Source of the DNA: Rhizophagus irregularis
Taxonomy: Eukaryota
Reading direction: 5' to 3'
DNA length: 64,000 nucleotides
Assembly (NCBI RefSeq): GCF_026210795.1
Contig: NC_089435.1
Location: 186,001-250,000 of the forward strand
Part shown: positions 25,140-38,415 of the stretch, one piece after another
Layout of the letters: each line of letters opens with the position of its first letter
Position numbering within the stretch: position 1 is the stretch's first letter
Program-made: the position numbers and the translations under genes
The notes under the pieces: generated by a model
The model's input: the letters and a program-made list of their open reading frames with translations, nothing else
What the model was told of the DNA's origin: nothing
The model's database searches: none

Positions 25140-26567
25140 ATGAACATTCATTTACTGCTAATAATATTAATAACGTTCTTACTAATTTTTATAAATGATG
25201 TTTCCTCCGATCATGCATTATGTTGGGATTTGATTCCAGAACCGAATAATTTGTCACGTAAAATTCAGAGACCATGTCCAATGGTTAAAAATAGGAAAAG
25301 AGCAGCATCAACAGCAGCACCGGCAAATAATTCGGATATGTTTACCGTATCATTTACTTGTTCGGTTGAAAATGAAAACCCAGAATTATGTCGAAAAGTT
25401 AAGAATGCGTTTTATACAGCTGGACAAATTATTTCTTCCAGCATAAAACTTAATACACCATTGATAGTTAATGCTTCATTGGTAAATTTTTGTACAACAA
25501 GAGGTATATGCCTAGATGGACCAACTGGTCGTTTAACTTTAGGTGGTGCTGGACCTTCAAGACTTATTCCTATTGAAAAAGATCAACGAGTATATCCTCA
25601 ATCCATCTTAAAACAATTAAACAAAGAAAATCACCCAGAATATTCTCCATATGATATTAATGCTCTATTTAATAGTGAAGGAAATTATTGGTTTGAAGAA
25701 GATGGTCCAATAAAGCTAAATCAATCTGATTTTTTATTTGTAATTTTACATGAATTAATTCATGGATTAGGGTTTTGCAGTGGTTGGGATGATCATAGTG
25801 ATATGTTAGGCATACAGAATATAATAACTCCAACACCTCTTTTTTTAACAACCATTACAGGACAGGTCATTTTTGGTGGATTTAGAGAGTTCATATTTGA
25901 TAAATTTATGGTATTATTATCTGATGGCACTCGCATTTCCAATCTTACTGAGGAGTTGAATAAATTCTCTGGTGTTGGAACTACTCATAATTCAATGGAT
26001 GATTTTTTAAATTACTTTATGAATACTTTTCCTTCATCTCCTGAATACCAAATTGTTCAAAAAATGATGAATATATCTACTACACCTAAATCTCTGGGGA
26101 TTTTACCATTAAATAAAACTGATATTAAAGATGCTTTTATTTTAGAAACTTCACTTTCACCTTTTTTGCCCAAGTCAAGTATCAGCCATTGTGATTATAT
26201 AACTTATACCAAATCTTCTGATTTCTTAATGAGATATTTACAAGATCCTGGTATTTCTTTAAAAAGATCTATTCGTTTAGGTGGAAATTATGTAAATGGT
26301 CCTATTGGGCCTAAACTAGCTGAAACATTATCTTTAATAGGGTAAGTATTTGTTTAAATTATTATAAAAGAATATTTAATGTTTTTTAAAAATAAATATT
26401 TTTTTTTTAGATATCAAATTCAAAATTTACCAAATACATTTAAACCAAATCCTAATGAAATAGTAGTAGATGATGAAATTAATATTGCATCATCTTTAAA
26501 AGCTTTTAACTTAAATTATTTAATTATAAAATTTTTATTTTTTTATTATATAATGATGGACTTTTAA
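25140..26567 (+). CDS. Secreted zinc metalloprotease-like paralog 7 (2 exons, GPI-like tail)
   Basis: Exons 25140-26341 and 26411-26567. Signal peptide, RKR site, HELIHGLGF, SSISHCD...DFLM. Confidence 0.9.
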
Positions 26568-27154
26568 TTATTATAATATTTTTAATTTTAAATTAAAAAT
26601 ATTTATATACTATTTTATTATTAATTTATATCATCTGCAAAGGATCTGCAAAAAAAGGGAAATTTGATAGTCAAATAAAAGTAAAATATTATGTAAAAAA
26701 GTTATATAATGAAAATATATAGTGAATTGAATAAATAAATTTAAATTCACGAAATTTTTAATTTTTTATTATTTTTATCTTAACAAATACACTAATTACA
26801 TTACAGTTTAATTAGTCCTATTTTTTTACAGTTTTTTTGATATATCAAGAGAAGTATCTTAATTACATTTATTTGCCACTTTAAATGATTTTGAGTTGTA
26901 ATACTTTTTAATAAGTTTGTTATACATATGTTTAGATTTACTATATGAATTTAATCATAAAAGATTTGTAATTAAAAAATAATAGTAAAATAATAATTTA
27001 CTAACTCTAAATTTCAATAAGTTTTCTACAATTTTTTCTAAAAAAAATAATTGCATTAGTGTATTATGTTAACTATATTGCTTTTAGAAGCTTTTTTGAT
27101 CTTTAATCAATCTAACATGATCTTTATTAATTGCATTACTATTAACTTTTCAAC

Positions 27155-27647
27155 TAGTATTGCGATCTGTTGATCCATCAATCTGTCAATCTGTGGATTT
27201 ATCCAATTCAAAATTCATTCAAGTCATCTGTTAAAATTTTAGACAGATCACGAATAGATCTGAATAGAAAAAACGGATTATCCAGATAATCTGTATAAAC
27301 TATCAATTATAATTCTGATCAGAATTACGGTAAAAATTTCCTTTTTTAATGATCATTATTACACAATATTCCATGTTTAGTAATGCTTAAAAATAGAAAA
27401 CAAATTTTTGTGAAATGGGTATTGCCAAAAAAGGAAACCAGTAGTTATGCAAAGACTAAATATGGTAATTTTAATATTCTGGCCGAAATTATGAAAAAAA
27501 ATGCTAAAGAAAATATTCATTTGTACATTTGAATATATTCGGCGAATATTTGAATAGATAATGGATAAATTCGCAGATCTATTACGAATATTCAAATCAT
27601 TTTGAATCAAATTGACAGATCATAAATTCATCCAAATCGCAACACTA
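27155..27647. mobile_element. hAT-type MITE
   Basis: TIRs tagtattgcgat / atcgcaacacta (11/12 match); 8-bp TSD ttttcaac / ttttcaat. Confidence 0.7.
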
Positions 27648-28466
27648 TTTTCAATTACTTACCTTTTTTTAAACTGTTCATTTTTAAAAGTAAGTTGTTT
27701 TTTCCAAATTATTTGTCTTGCATTACTCATAAAAATTATAGCTTTGGTTAACAGATTCTACAAATCTGATTATCCTTTTTTCCTGCTAAAACTTCTTCTT
27801 TAATTTCTGTTTCTTTTTCTTTGTAACTATTAAATAGTTGAATATCATAAGAAAATCTATCTATTAAAAATTCTGGATTGTGATTTTTATGAATTCTAAA
27901 TAAAACATCAAGTTTATCAAACTATTTGCATCTCTTTCTATTTAATTTTTCTTTTCTTTAATTTCATTATACTTAGTCATAAGACAAGATAATTTATTTT
28001 TAATTTATTCTCATAGCTTTTCTGAAAAATCTTAGTAGCAGCTATTTTTGCAAAATTTTTTGCAAATATTAGAATTATCTTCAAGAAAACTTAACAATAA
28101 TCTGGTATTTATATTATCACAACCTGTTTCTTCTTTAACAGAACTTGCTTCTTTTGCTTTTTAGCTATTATTCTTTTTAAAAACTTTTGTAGTAATTATA
28201 GTTGTTGAATTATTAGTAGTAGATGCTATTATTTCTTAAATTTCTAATAAAATAAATGTTATTACAACTATAATATCAGGGTCCTATACAAATATTTGTG
28301 ATTTAGAAATAAGGTAAAAAGTAAATTTTAGTATAAGTTAAGGTTGCTTGTCTAAATCTCTTCAAAATCCTACGATTAGTTTCGTCAAAATTTTACTATA
28401 GATTTATTATAATTTTGGCAGAGTTTTAGCTGTTTTGGCATTTATAATAAGTTTCGGCAGTTTCGC

Positions 28467-28762
28467 AGGACCCCGGATATCTAATATAAAGGTCATAATG
28501 GACTTTTGGCCAAAAACACTCCTTTTTGCTGAAACTCAAAAAATCGTTTTTTGTAAATATCTCAGCATCCAGTAATTCAATTTTAATGAACTTTTTTTTA
28601 TTTTGTAGCCCTCATTTAGCTCTACAATTTAAAAAAAGTTCATCAAAATTGGACCACTGGATGCCGAGATATTTACAAAAAACGATTTTTTGAGCCCCTG
28701 AAAAATGGGCCAATCTGCCGAAAGTGTGACTTATGACCTGTTTTGGAGATATCCGGGGTCCT
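28467..28762 (+). mobile_element. ~296-bp MITE, copy 1 (TIR AGGACCCCGGATATCT)
   Basis: Near-identical to the copies at 38119 and 51623; no TSD at this copy. Confidence 0.9.
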
Positions 28763-31745
28763 AAATAATTACTAAAGTACTAAATAATGAAAATTTAACT
28801 CCATGCGTTGTAATTGATATGTTAGATGGTAAAATTCAGCGGTGCAATTCTAAAAAAAAATTGAGACGACTTTGGCAAATGATTGGAACTTGGCAAATTG
28901 ACGATGAAGAAGTTAAAGCAAAAAATTTTTTAATTGAAGATTTAGGTATTTGTTATTCGCATTTTTTATATGATCAAAATCAATTGCATTCATCAAATTT
29001 AAAACAAACTAAAGATTATATGGAAAGTATTATTCATAGACGCAGATGTTTATTTTGTAATAAAAATAAAATTTTTTTTAGTCATGGTTCTAATTGTGAA
29101 AAACACTTATATAAAGTTATAGGTAAAAATATTCAGGTACCTTGTATAGAGCAAATGAAATGTGGTGCATTGCAAATATACCATTCTTTTATTTGTAATT
29201 CCAACAAATTCAAGTAAACATGCACGATATATATGTATGAATTGTTATGAAGAAAAGGATGGGCATATTTATCAATGTGTTGGATAAGGTATAAAAAAAG
29301 ATCCAAATTGTGATAACCTGTTACATCATAAAAATGATACCAAAAAGGCATTAGAAGTAATTGGATATTGGATTTTTAATATTGCTAATTCTGATAATTT
29401 AGCATTTCAAGAAAAAATTTTAGCACATTTAGCTCCTATTTTATGTATTATTAATATTCAAGAAAAATCTGAAACTACATCATCAATGCTACTATCAGTA
29501 CAAAATATAAAAAATGAAGTACCTTCTTTATTTATAATTCTTATTATTCTTATTTTAGTAAAATTTAATTACAATTTTGATAAAAAATTAAATTCTAAGA
29601 ATCTTACATCAAAACATTTTTTCGAATTTGGAGAAGCATTAGCACATTCAATAATACTCGTGAAAAATGAATTAAAAATTCACAAAAAATTACTTGAATC
29701 ACCTACTTCTATAAAAGAATATCGTTTTATATTTCCTTTATATTTAGTACAATTTTATGATGGTCTTTTAAAAACTTTATATGAAACAAAAAAAAAATTA
29801 TAGATAGACAAAGAAAATATCGTAAAAAACCATTAAAATTTTTAAATTATGAAAAAATTACTAAACAAACCACATTTTTTATTTCAATAATTTTAAACAT
29901 TGCATTTAAAGGATGGAAAATTTGGTTACCTTGAACAATGGCAAGTCTTTGCCGAAAACTAAAACTTTTGTCATCATTGCAGGGAATTTTAGAAGTTGTA
30001 AATATTACAAGCCACTTTCAAAGACATAAACAAAATTTGGAAAAAATTCGTGCTCTCTTAGTAGATCCAACTGATCGAATTTGCTATGAAAAGAATATTT
30101 GGAATCTTGGTATTATTGATAATGTGGATTTTAAAGAAACTACATTTGGTTATGGAAACATTTTTGACGCTATTAGAGAAAATGCTACATTACGGATACT
30201 CTTTCAATACCAACTACCTAATGAATTATCTGAAATTATTGAAATACAAGACAAAAATAAGCAAAAACTTTTTGGGCAAAATAATTTTTCACAACAAACA
30301 TTCAATATTTTTAATTCAGTTTTTGAACAATTACTTACGTTTAATGAAAATCTCACTCCTAATTATCGTTCAGATTTTAATGAAAATGATATACGTAATC
30401 AAATTATGACACATTTTGAAGGAAGTTTTAATCTTCCGCCTCCCAATGTTATAATTCTTGATGCTGAAAATCCACCATCAAGTGATTCCGCCGTGCATAA
30501 ATATCTAGAAATGTATAAAAATGAAATTGGTATGGAAAATAATGAATATATTAATGTAGTTGCAGATGAAGCTATTTTTAGACGAGGTATTAGTTATTGT
30601 AAAACAAATCAAAAAACAAAAATGATCCTTGGACAATGGCATACCAATAAGGATATGATGATGGCATTAATTACAATTTTTTCTGGTTACGGAATATTCA
30701 ATATGGCAGGAATATTAGGTGTATGATTTCTAGATAAATTAAAGAAAGGTGTAAATTTCAGAGCAACTTCAAGAATATTGGAATTGATTTGGATTTCCAT
30801 AGAATAGCAATTCATATATATGTAAAAAAGAAAAAACAGACATTAGATAATATTTTAAAAGAAGAAAATAATTGTGTAAAAGTTTGGTATTTATATTTTC
30901 AATGGGCTAGTTATTGGCGTGCACATTGGTTTGGTATTAGATGGGAATATTTGATTTACAACATGAAAGTTTAAAAGCTTTTTCACCTTTATTTTCCATT
31001 GCCGGTAAATCAAATTATGCTAGATCTGTAAGACTGTAACATATCATATATATTGCATAGAAAATAATCCTCTACTTCGTAAAATGCTTCGTACAGCACC
31101 ATCCATTAATTTAACAAGTCCTGGACATTTTTTTGCATATGACGAAGCATTAGAAACATTTGGAGTAAAATTTGTAAAACAAAATGTAATAAGAATTCCT
31201 GCAGATAGGGAAGAGTTGAAATTAAGAATAAAAGCTACTCAACTAGAAAAGGAACGAACAGAAATGCTGATTTGTGATTACATTGGAGATTCTGTTCAAA
31301 GTTTCTGACCACGTAATGTTCAAACTCAAAAGGAAAAGATTTGGGAGCTTGCACACTTATTGATAAATGCTTTTGAATCTTTAAATCCTCTTAAAAATTC
31401 AGTATTTGAATTCTGTAACAATTTAAATGATGATAGAGTTAACCAATTAATTATTGCGTATGATATTGGAATTAAGAGATTACAAACAATAGCAAATCAA
31501 GAAATTTTTTTAACAGAAAGTTATACAACTATTGGAAGAAGAGCAAGAAATATCACACGGGTTACAGTTGCTGATATTACTAAAATGAAAAAAGAAAAAA
31601 AATAGAAATAAGAGAAAAAGAAAAAGAAAAAAGGAAAAAAGGAGAGGGAGAGGGAGAGGAAGGGGGAAAGGGAGAGGGAGAGGTAGGAGGGGGAGGGAAG
31701 AGGGAGGGGAAGGGGAAGGGGAAAGAAGAAGAAACATGACTATGA
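28763..31745 (+). mobile_element. Degraded Academ/DUF6589-like transposase relic
   Basis: Collinear broken ORFs with IIDNVDF, VADEAIF, LGQWH and FSIAGKSNYARSV, Cys/His clusters at the N-terminus and a GA-rich (RG-encoding) 3' tract. Many stops and frameshifts. Confidence 0.55.
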
Positions 31746-33663
31746 TGTAATTTTGACCATTTCAACTTTAATTTCGACTTTTGACCTTCCCAAGTCGAAA
31801 TATTTCTACTTTTGGGCTTTAATTTCAACTTCATGTATACCAGTGATCATCACCTCCAGTGATAGTTAGAAAAATTCGTAATAATAATTGTAATAATTGT
31901 AATAATAATAATAATAGTAATATAATATAATAAATAATAGGCAATTTCTATTTGTATACAGTATGTTTAAACATGGGTCATATTAGTAGATTAAAAACAG
32001 CATTCAAAACCTTTTTTAATGCCTTAAATAAACTTGCAGAGCAGGTGAAAATACATATATTTATCTGTAATATAATAAGAATAAAAAGTCAAAAAGTATA
32101 ATGTTGGTAGCATTCAATTTCAAATTAAAAAACAAAAAATTAGTCTATTAAAAATTATATTTATATGATCCATGTACAAACACCCCGTGTAAACTTAGAA
32201 ATTTTTTAAATAATAATATGATAATAATAATGGATTTAATATGTAATTATCAATTAAATATTTTATTTATATATTTGACAAAAATATCTTTAAAATATGT
32301 AATAATATATTATTTATGGAAAATATTAATAAAAGTTTCTTTTATCTTATCCAGTTATTTTTAGTATTTTGTCATTATTCCTTAACATATAATTATCATT
32401 TTTATTTTCATTTTATTGCATAATATGTAAATAATACTCCTATTTTAACTATTTAATATCAAGATCTTTTAACATTCTAAATCTTGCTTTTAATTTTTTA
32501 AAAGCATTTTTTATTACAACTCAATAATATGAATGAAATTGTATTTTTGAAAAGATAGATTTTTAAAAGGTAGAATTAAGAATAAAATAAGATAAAGAAT
32601 TCTAAAAGCTTAGGCATTATATATTTGAGCTTTATAGATTTAAAATTACTTAATTTTAGAGAAGTTTTCTTACAGAAATAATCTTTATATAATTTGTGTA
32701 AATGAGAGTGATATAAATAAATGAAAATTCTGTAGATATAAAAGAGTATAGGGGTAAGAATTTCATAGTTAGCAATAGTAATAAAAATAAATTAGGTGTA
32801 AAGTTTATAAAAAGCAAAAAAAATAAATTGATGCTAAGACTCACATTATTAAATGGTTTAAGATTTGACTGATTTGTGTACTTCCTTCTTTTTTTGATAG
32901 TATTTATATATATTTTCACTTACTACCTTTAGCATTTTCTGATTCTTTAAAAATCATTAATAAAGTTTCGTTTACTTTGGGCATTTGAATCAAAATTTTA
33001 AAATAATTAGTAGAATTATGTGACTTTGAACTTCTGAATCAGCCTAAGCATCATTTTATTTTTTAATTATATGTGTATAACATCAAAAAAAAAATGCTGA
33101 TTGAACTATCTCAGAAAAATTATGTGATAATTTTGTTAATTATTTTCTAAAATAATATCACTAAAAATATCCTTTTTCTAAGTAAAACTTGAAGATATAA
33201 ATTTATACATATTTTAAATTATATATTATCCGTAATTTTACATGCTTTACAAGTTTATTTACTTAGGGTAATCTTTGATTTTTTATATATATTTTTTCAA
33301 AATGATGAATTTTGCAAAAATGGCATTTAAAACCCTCTTTGATATTTTAAGTAAACTTGATCAGAAGGCAAAAATACATATATTTTGCAAATTTTAGGGC
33401 CATATAATGTGTGTGTTAAGTTTTATTTGAAACATAAAAAAATATTTTTTTATCGCCAAAATTAATCAGCTATTTTAGGAAATGATCAGCAAATTGTCAC
33501 GTGATAGAAGAATTGGTATAATCACGTGGTTTTATTTGATCTTAAATTTACTCGCACCTCGTTAACTTAATCAAATTAAAAGTTCACAAGTATTTCGATC
33601 GAAAATATCCGAATGGGACATTGTAGCTGGATTTCGAAAAGGAACCGTTCGAGAGTAAGGTAG

Positions 33664-35919
33664 ATGAGTAGGTCAAAAGTCTCGAGGCAATTATTAAATT
33701 GTAAGCGAGGCTTTGAATAAGGAAAAGCGAGAATACTTCTTAATAAATACAGGGAGGCGAGTAAGATTGAATGGTAGGTGTGACGAAAGGACCCCTTGGT
33801 CCAAAGACCAGTGTTGAGGCACAGAAAACCTCTTAGGTTCAAGGTTCTTTGCCGACTTAATGGAATGAAAATAAGAAATTCCAATAAAAAAATTGTTATA
33901 GTTTTGTTAATTTTTTAAATATTTATTTATAGAAGTCTCGACCAGATCGCCAACGGGCAAAAAAAAAGGATACCGATCGCACACATAGGCAGTTACATCT
34001 TCACCAATCAACACTTTTAGATGGTATTGTTCATGGGAACATAAATAACGGTGGAAGCGGAACTTTTATTCTTAATGTAAGGATTAAACTAGATGATTAG
34101 TATTTTCTGTATTTTAAAAATTGAATCTTGAATAGAATCGAGTGCCAGCGGAAGACGATGAAATTTCCGATATCCTTATTCCAACGCATCTTACTTCCCT
34201 CAACGTGACCCAGAAACTGATGTTTTTGAAGATTCGGAAACAAGTAATTTGGATATACCAGATCATGAGGTAAATTATATCTTTAAATCTGGCAGGTCTT
34301 GTTAGCTGTAATGTTTACTATTCTCACCACATTTACTCCAATTGATGTTCAAGACCAAGAAGAGGTGAAGAATGCGACCAGTGGTGAAGAGGCGAAGAAA
34401 GTGACCAAAGTGGCAAAGGAAAACAAAGTAAATCTTCATTGGTAATTTTTAAACATTTTTTTTTACGAATAACAAAATTTATGCTTTTCCTGTCTAGGTT
34501 AGACTAAGCAAGGAAAATCGAGAGGAAATCTTTAAGTCAATGGGTGAGCAATGCATGTGGAAACTTTCGACTGGAAGATTCGTCGAAAAAGAACTATATA
34601 GACTAGGGCAAGAACTGGAATTCGAGCGGTTAGTATTCATGCATGAGATTATATTCGTGTAGGAATAAGTTTATTAAATTGTGGTCTTATTCCTTTTCTT
34701 AGTGCTATCCATTCGTTTATTATAGACGTCGATGATGAATTAATTTCATCGCATTTCAATGACACAGAACTTGACGAAATTCGGCCCTCACGTACCTGAT
34801 CTCCCAGATCAAATCGCTGAATTTCTATATGAATTCGTTGGCAAGGTAATAATTCATATACATGTTAATGACAAACATAGATGTATTGAAACAAAGTCAC
34901 CAATACCTTTTCCTATTGTAGACTAGCTTGAATGAGATTCGAGAGGCCATAAAGTCAAAGATGTTTGGTAACAACTATGATCATGAAAACCATCACGATA
35001 AGGATTATATAATCTATGCATTTTATTCATGGTAAGTATTTTTGTTCTTTGTTAATAATTTATTAAAGCTCTTTAGATGCATCGGCGGGATCAACTAAAT
35101 TTACTTATTATTTCAGAGTTCGAGAAATTCAAGGTGGGAACATGAAAGACATGATTGGTTCAATTGTCACATTTGGAGTGTAATCTTTGACCAAGCTTTC
35201 GGTGATATTAATGTGATATCCGATCGTCAGGTAATTTTTAAAAATTATATGTTGTATACTTTGATGAATCTGACAATGTTTAACATCAAGGGGCGAGAGT
35301 ACAAGTTTGGTAACAGCTTCTCGAAAAAATATGAAAAGAAAGTCTGAGAGGCGAAAATGGGTCACAGGGGCGACTGGATCGTAGGATCTGTCACTAATGG
35401 TGACAAACATGAGCTTGGAGCAGGCGAAGCTGGAAGTGTTTGGACGGATGATCACGGAACCAAGTTCCTTGTTTGAAGTTACCTAAAGTCCTTAAGGATA
35501 TTCTGGTAAAGTTAATGAAAAAAGTAGATTGGAATAGGAAAAGTGTGCTGAATAATCCGGAAAATTTTCCTTATGTTCTAAAAATACTAGCATCTGCTCT
35601 GAACTTAAAGGTTAGTTGAATTTGTTATTGCAATTTTTATCAATAAACATATGCTCATAAATGTCATAAATGTTAGACTGTGATTAAAGAAACATTAAAG
35701 GTGATACAAGCAAATGAACAGACTATTGAATCATTCAAAACAGCCAGGCGCCGAAAGAGACCTCGAGACATAAGTCAGCGGCATTTATCTGGTTGCATGT
35801 CAACACTGAAAAAGGCAAAGAAGGCAAAGAATGAAAATGCTTGTGCCGAAGTGAATGATGAACGACCATATCCAGAATCACCATGCCCTGGATCACCGAG
35901 TTCTGAGCCATTGATTTAA
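33664..35919 (+). pseudogene. Multi-exon, frameshifted PD-(D/E)xK-like gene of an expanded Glomeromycota family
   Basis: Exon fragments with GT-AG introns: CMWKLSTGRFVEKELY, RGESTSLVTASRKN, GHRGDWIV...ELGAGEAG. Frame breaks near 34780, 35140 and 35470. Confidence 0.55.
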
Positions 35920-36406
35920 TACCTGAATGCAAGAGAATGGCGTAAATACGGGCACTGCTGCGGCTGAATTTTAAATTGGCCGATATGACGTTCTTGCACT
36001 GTGGTGCAAAATTTTGGTTGTGGAAGAAAAGTATACAAAAGAAGAGTACAAATGGTGTTACGATGATGCAATCACTGATATTGTACGGCAGAACAATTCT
36101 CATATATATTCATCACATAATGCACATATTTATACAATATGGTTAGTTTAATATCAATATCAAGAGAAAAATCATTATGTGATTAATTACAATTGGTGCT
36201 GTTGTTAATAGAAAATGATAATAGTGCAACAATTAATAAATTAATGTGATAATAAAGTTTTCCATTATGATGTACGCGTTCCGAAACGGAACGCACACGT
36301 GATTTTTCATCGGGTTTTTTTTAAAGTTATTATGTATGAACGAAGTTGTTCTAACTAAGGATGAAAAAGATTATGTAATGCCGAAATCTTAAAACGAAAG
36401 GTTTGA

Positions 36407-36598
36407 TAATATACTGCGCCATTTCTTCTGCGCAATTTTGACGAGCCCGGACACGGTGAATTTCTTACACATGAATTTCAAAACATATATTAATAAAGCA
36501 TTTGTATACCTGCTATCAGGTTTTTTTACTCTACATGTGTTAACCAATATGTAGTATAAATTGATCTTATTTACATAAATTATAGGCGCAGTATATTA
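36407..36598. mobile_element. Small MITE-like element bounded by a 14-bp perfect inverted repeat
   Basis: taatatactgcgcc (36407-36420) / ggcgcagtatatta (36585-36598). Confidence 0.5.
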
Positions 36599-38118
36599 GA
36601 AAACTAATATTGGCAAATAATACACAATACGTCTAAAAATCCAAGTAGCTGAATTCTTTTTTACTTGACTATAAGCAGATCAAATTGGCTATGGAAAAGA
36701 CATAAAAAGCATTCTATCTACCACCCATAAAAGTGATGGTATGAAAATAATGAAATAATAGCTAATCTAAAATTCTCTATTGATGATTCTACATTAATGA
36801 AAAAAAACATTCTAACTCTCCTGCTCATCCGTTCCTCCGCCGTAATTAATAGTAACATTGATCCCATTCGCATTTTGTAAAAAAGAAGGGGATAGTTGGT
36901 GTTACAGGTCTGGAGATGGGAGTTTTTCGATAGTTGATGGTGTTAGTGGATTTGATGATGTTTCGGATGAATTAGGGATTGTAGGTTTTGGTATTCCAGG
37001 CGAGTTGCGTTTTAAGCTCCACTCTCTTGTTATAGATTTTATTATATAAAAATTCTAATACTATTTTTGTTGTTAATTTCTCATCCAATTTTAATGATCA
37101 GCTGCATATCAATTTTGCTGCAAAATATGTAATAATCTGGTCAAAATTAAAGAATTTTTTATAGTATCATTTATCTTAATTTAGAAATTTTAGGTAAATT
37201 TGCTTGCAATATGGTTTAATAAAAGATAATATAAATAAATTTATCAATTAAAACTAAACTTTATTGTTTTTTTTAATAAATCATAATATTATTACAAAAA
37301 TTTTAGCTATTTGTAATACTGTTATTAAGTTCTTTAAATATCACATATTAGCAATAATTTATTAAAAAATTATGTTAAAACTTTAGAAATTGAAAGTGGT
37401 GGACTTAAATATTTTATTAAAATACAATAGATATCTATGTATAAGGTAGTTCTCTTTATCTATATTATTGCCATTAACCTTTTCTAATCTAATGCCAAAA
37501 TCTCCACTTCTCTTTATATTATTCTTTTAATATAATCTCTACTCTTATTAACTTATATTTGAAAAACTTATTTATCTTCAATTTTCTAACTATTCAAAAA
37601 TCACTCAAATTTTTTATAATATTTTCATTTGGAATAATTATTAGTACTGATGACATTATTATTCTTATTAAATTTAATTGAAATATTAATCACTCTCATT
37701 ATAAGATTTACAAGTGATAAAGATCAGTATGAAAATTTAGAAACTTTTATTGATGAGATGATGAATTGCTACTTTATACTAGATCTGAAATACTTAAAGA
37801 TTGAAATGGATGAAAATTATATTATTTAAAATTAAATCAATATACAATAAATATAACAAATAATATAAATTCAATATTAAAATGATTTTATTCAATATCA
37901 TTAGATGATTACTAATTAGTAGTAAAATTTAATAACTATAAAAAATATAATTGTATATAATATTTTAAAGTAAACAATAAATTTGCTTAAATATAATACT
38001 TATTTAAAAATTGCATATAATTTTATTTGAGTTTAAAATTTATATAAGTTTATATAAATTTATTAATTATTAGTCTAAAGCAAACAAAAAACTATATACT
38101 ATTTGTGTTAATTTTACA

Positions 38119-38415
38119 AGGACCCCGGATATCTCCAAAACAGGTCATAAGTCACACTTTCGGCAGATTGGCCCATTTTTCAGGGGTTCAAAAAATCGTT
38201 TTTTGTAAATATCTCGGCATCCAGTGGTCCAATTTTGATGAACTTTTTTTTAAATTGTAGAGCTAAATGAGGGCTACAAAATAAAAAAAAGTTCATTAAA
38301 ATTGAATTATTGGATGCTGAGATATTTACAAAAAACGATTTTTTGAGTTTCAGCAAAAAGGGGTGTTTTTGGCCAAAAGTCCATTATGACCTTTATATTA
38401 GATATCCGGGGTCCT
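38119..38415 (-). mobile_element. ~296-bp MITE, copy 2 (inverted)
   Basis: Same TIRs; perfect 8-bp TSD attttaca on both sides. Confidence 0.92.

Noticed and set aside
6473..25851. Overlapping or antisense ORFs (6473, 9715, 19106, 21191, 21372, 25669)
   Set aside because: Shadows of well-supported genes with no independent motifs.
31510..31834. Pro/Leu/Phe-rich minus-strand ORFs
   Set aside because: Reverse complement of a GA-rich low-complexity tract.
28467..38415. Composite transposon formed by inverted MITE copies 1 and 2
   Set aside because: Copy 2 has its own 8-bp TSD and the outer flanks do not match, so these are independent insertions.
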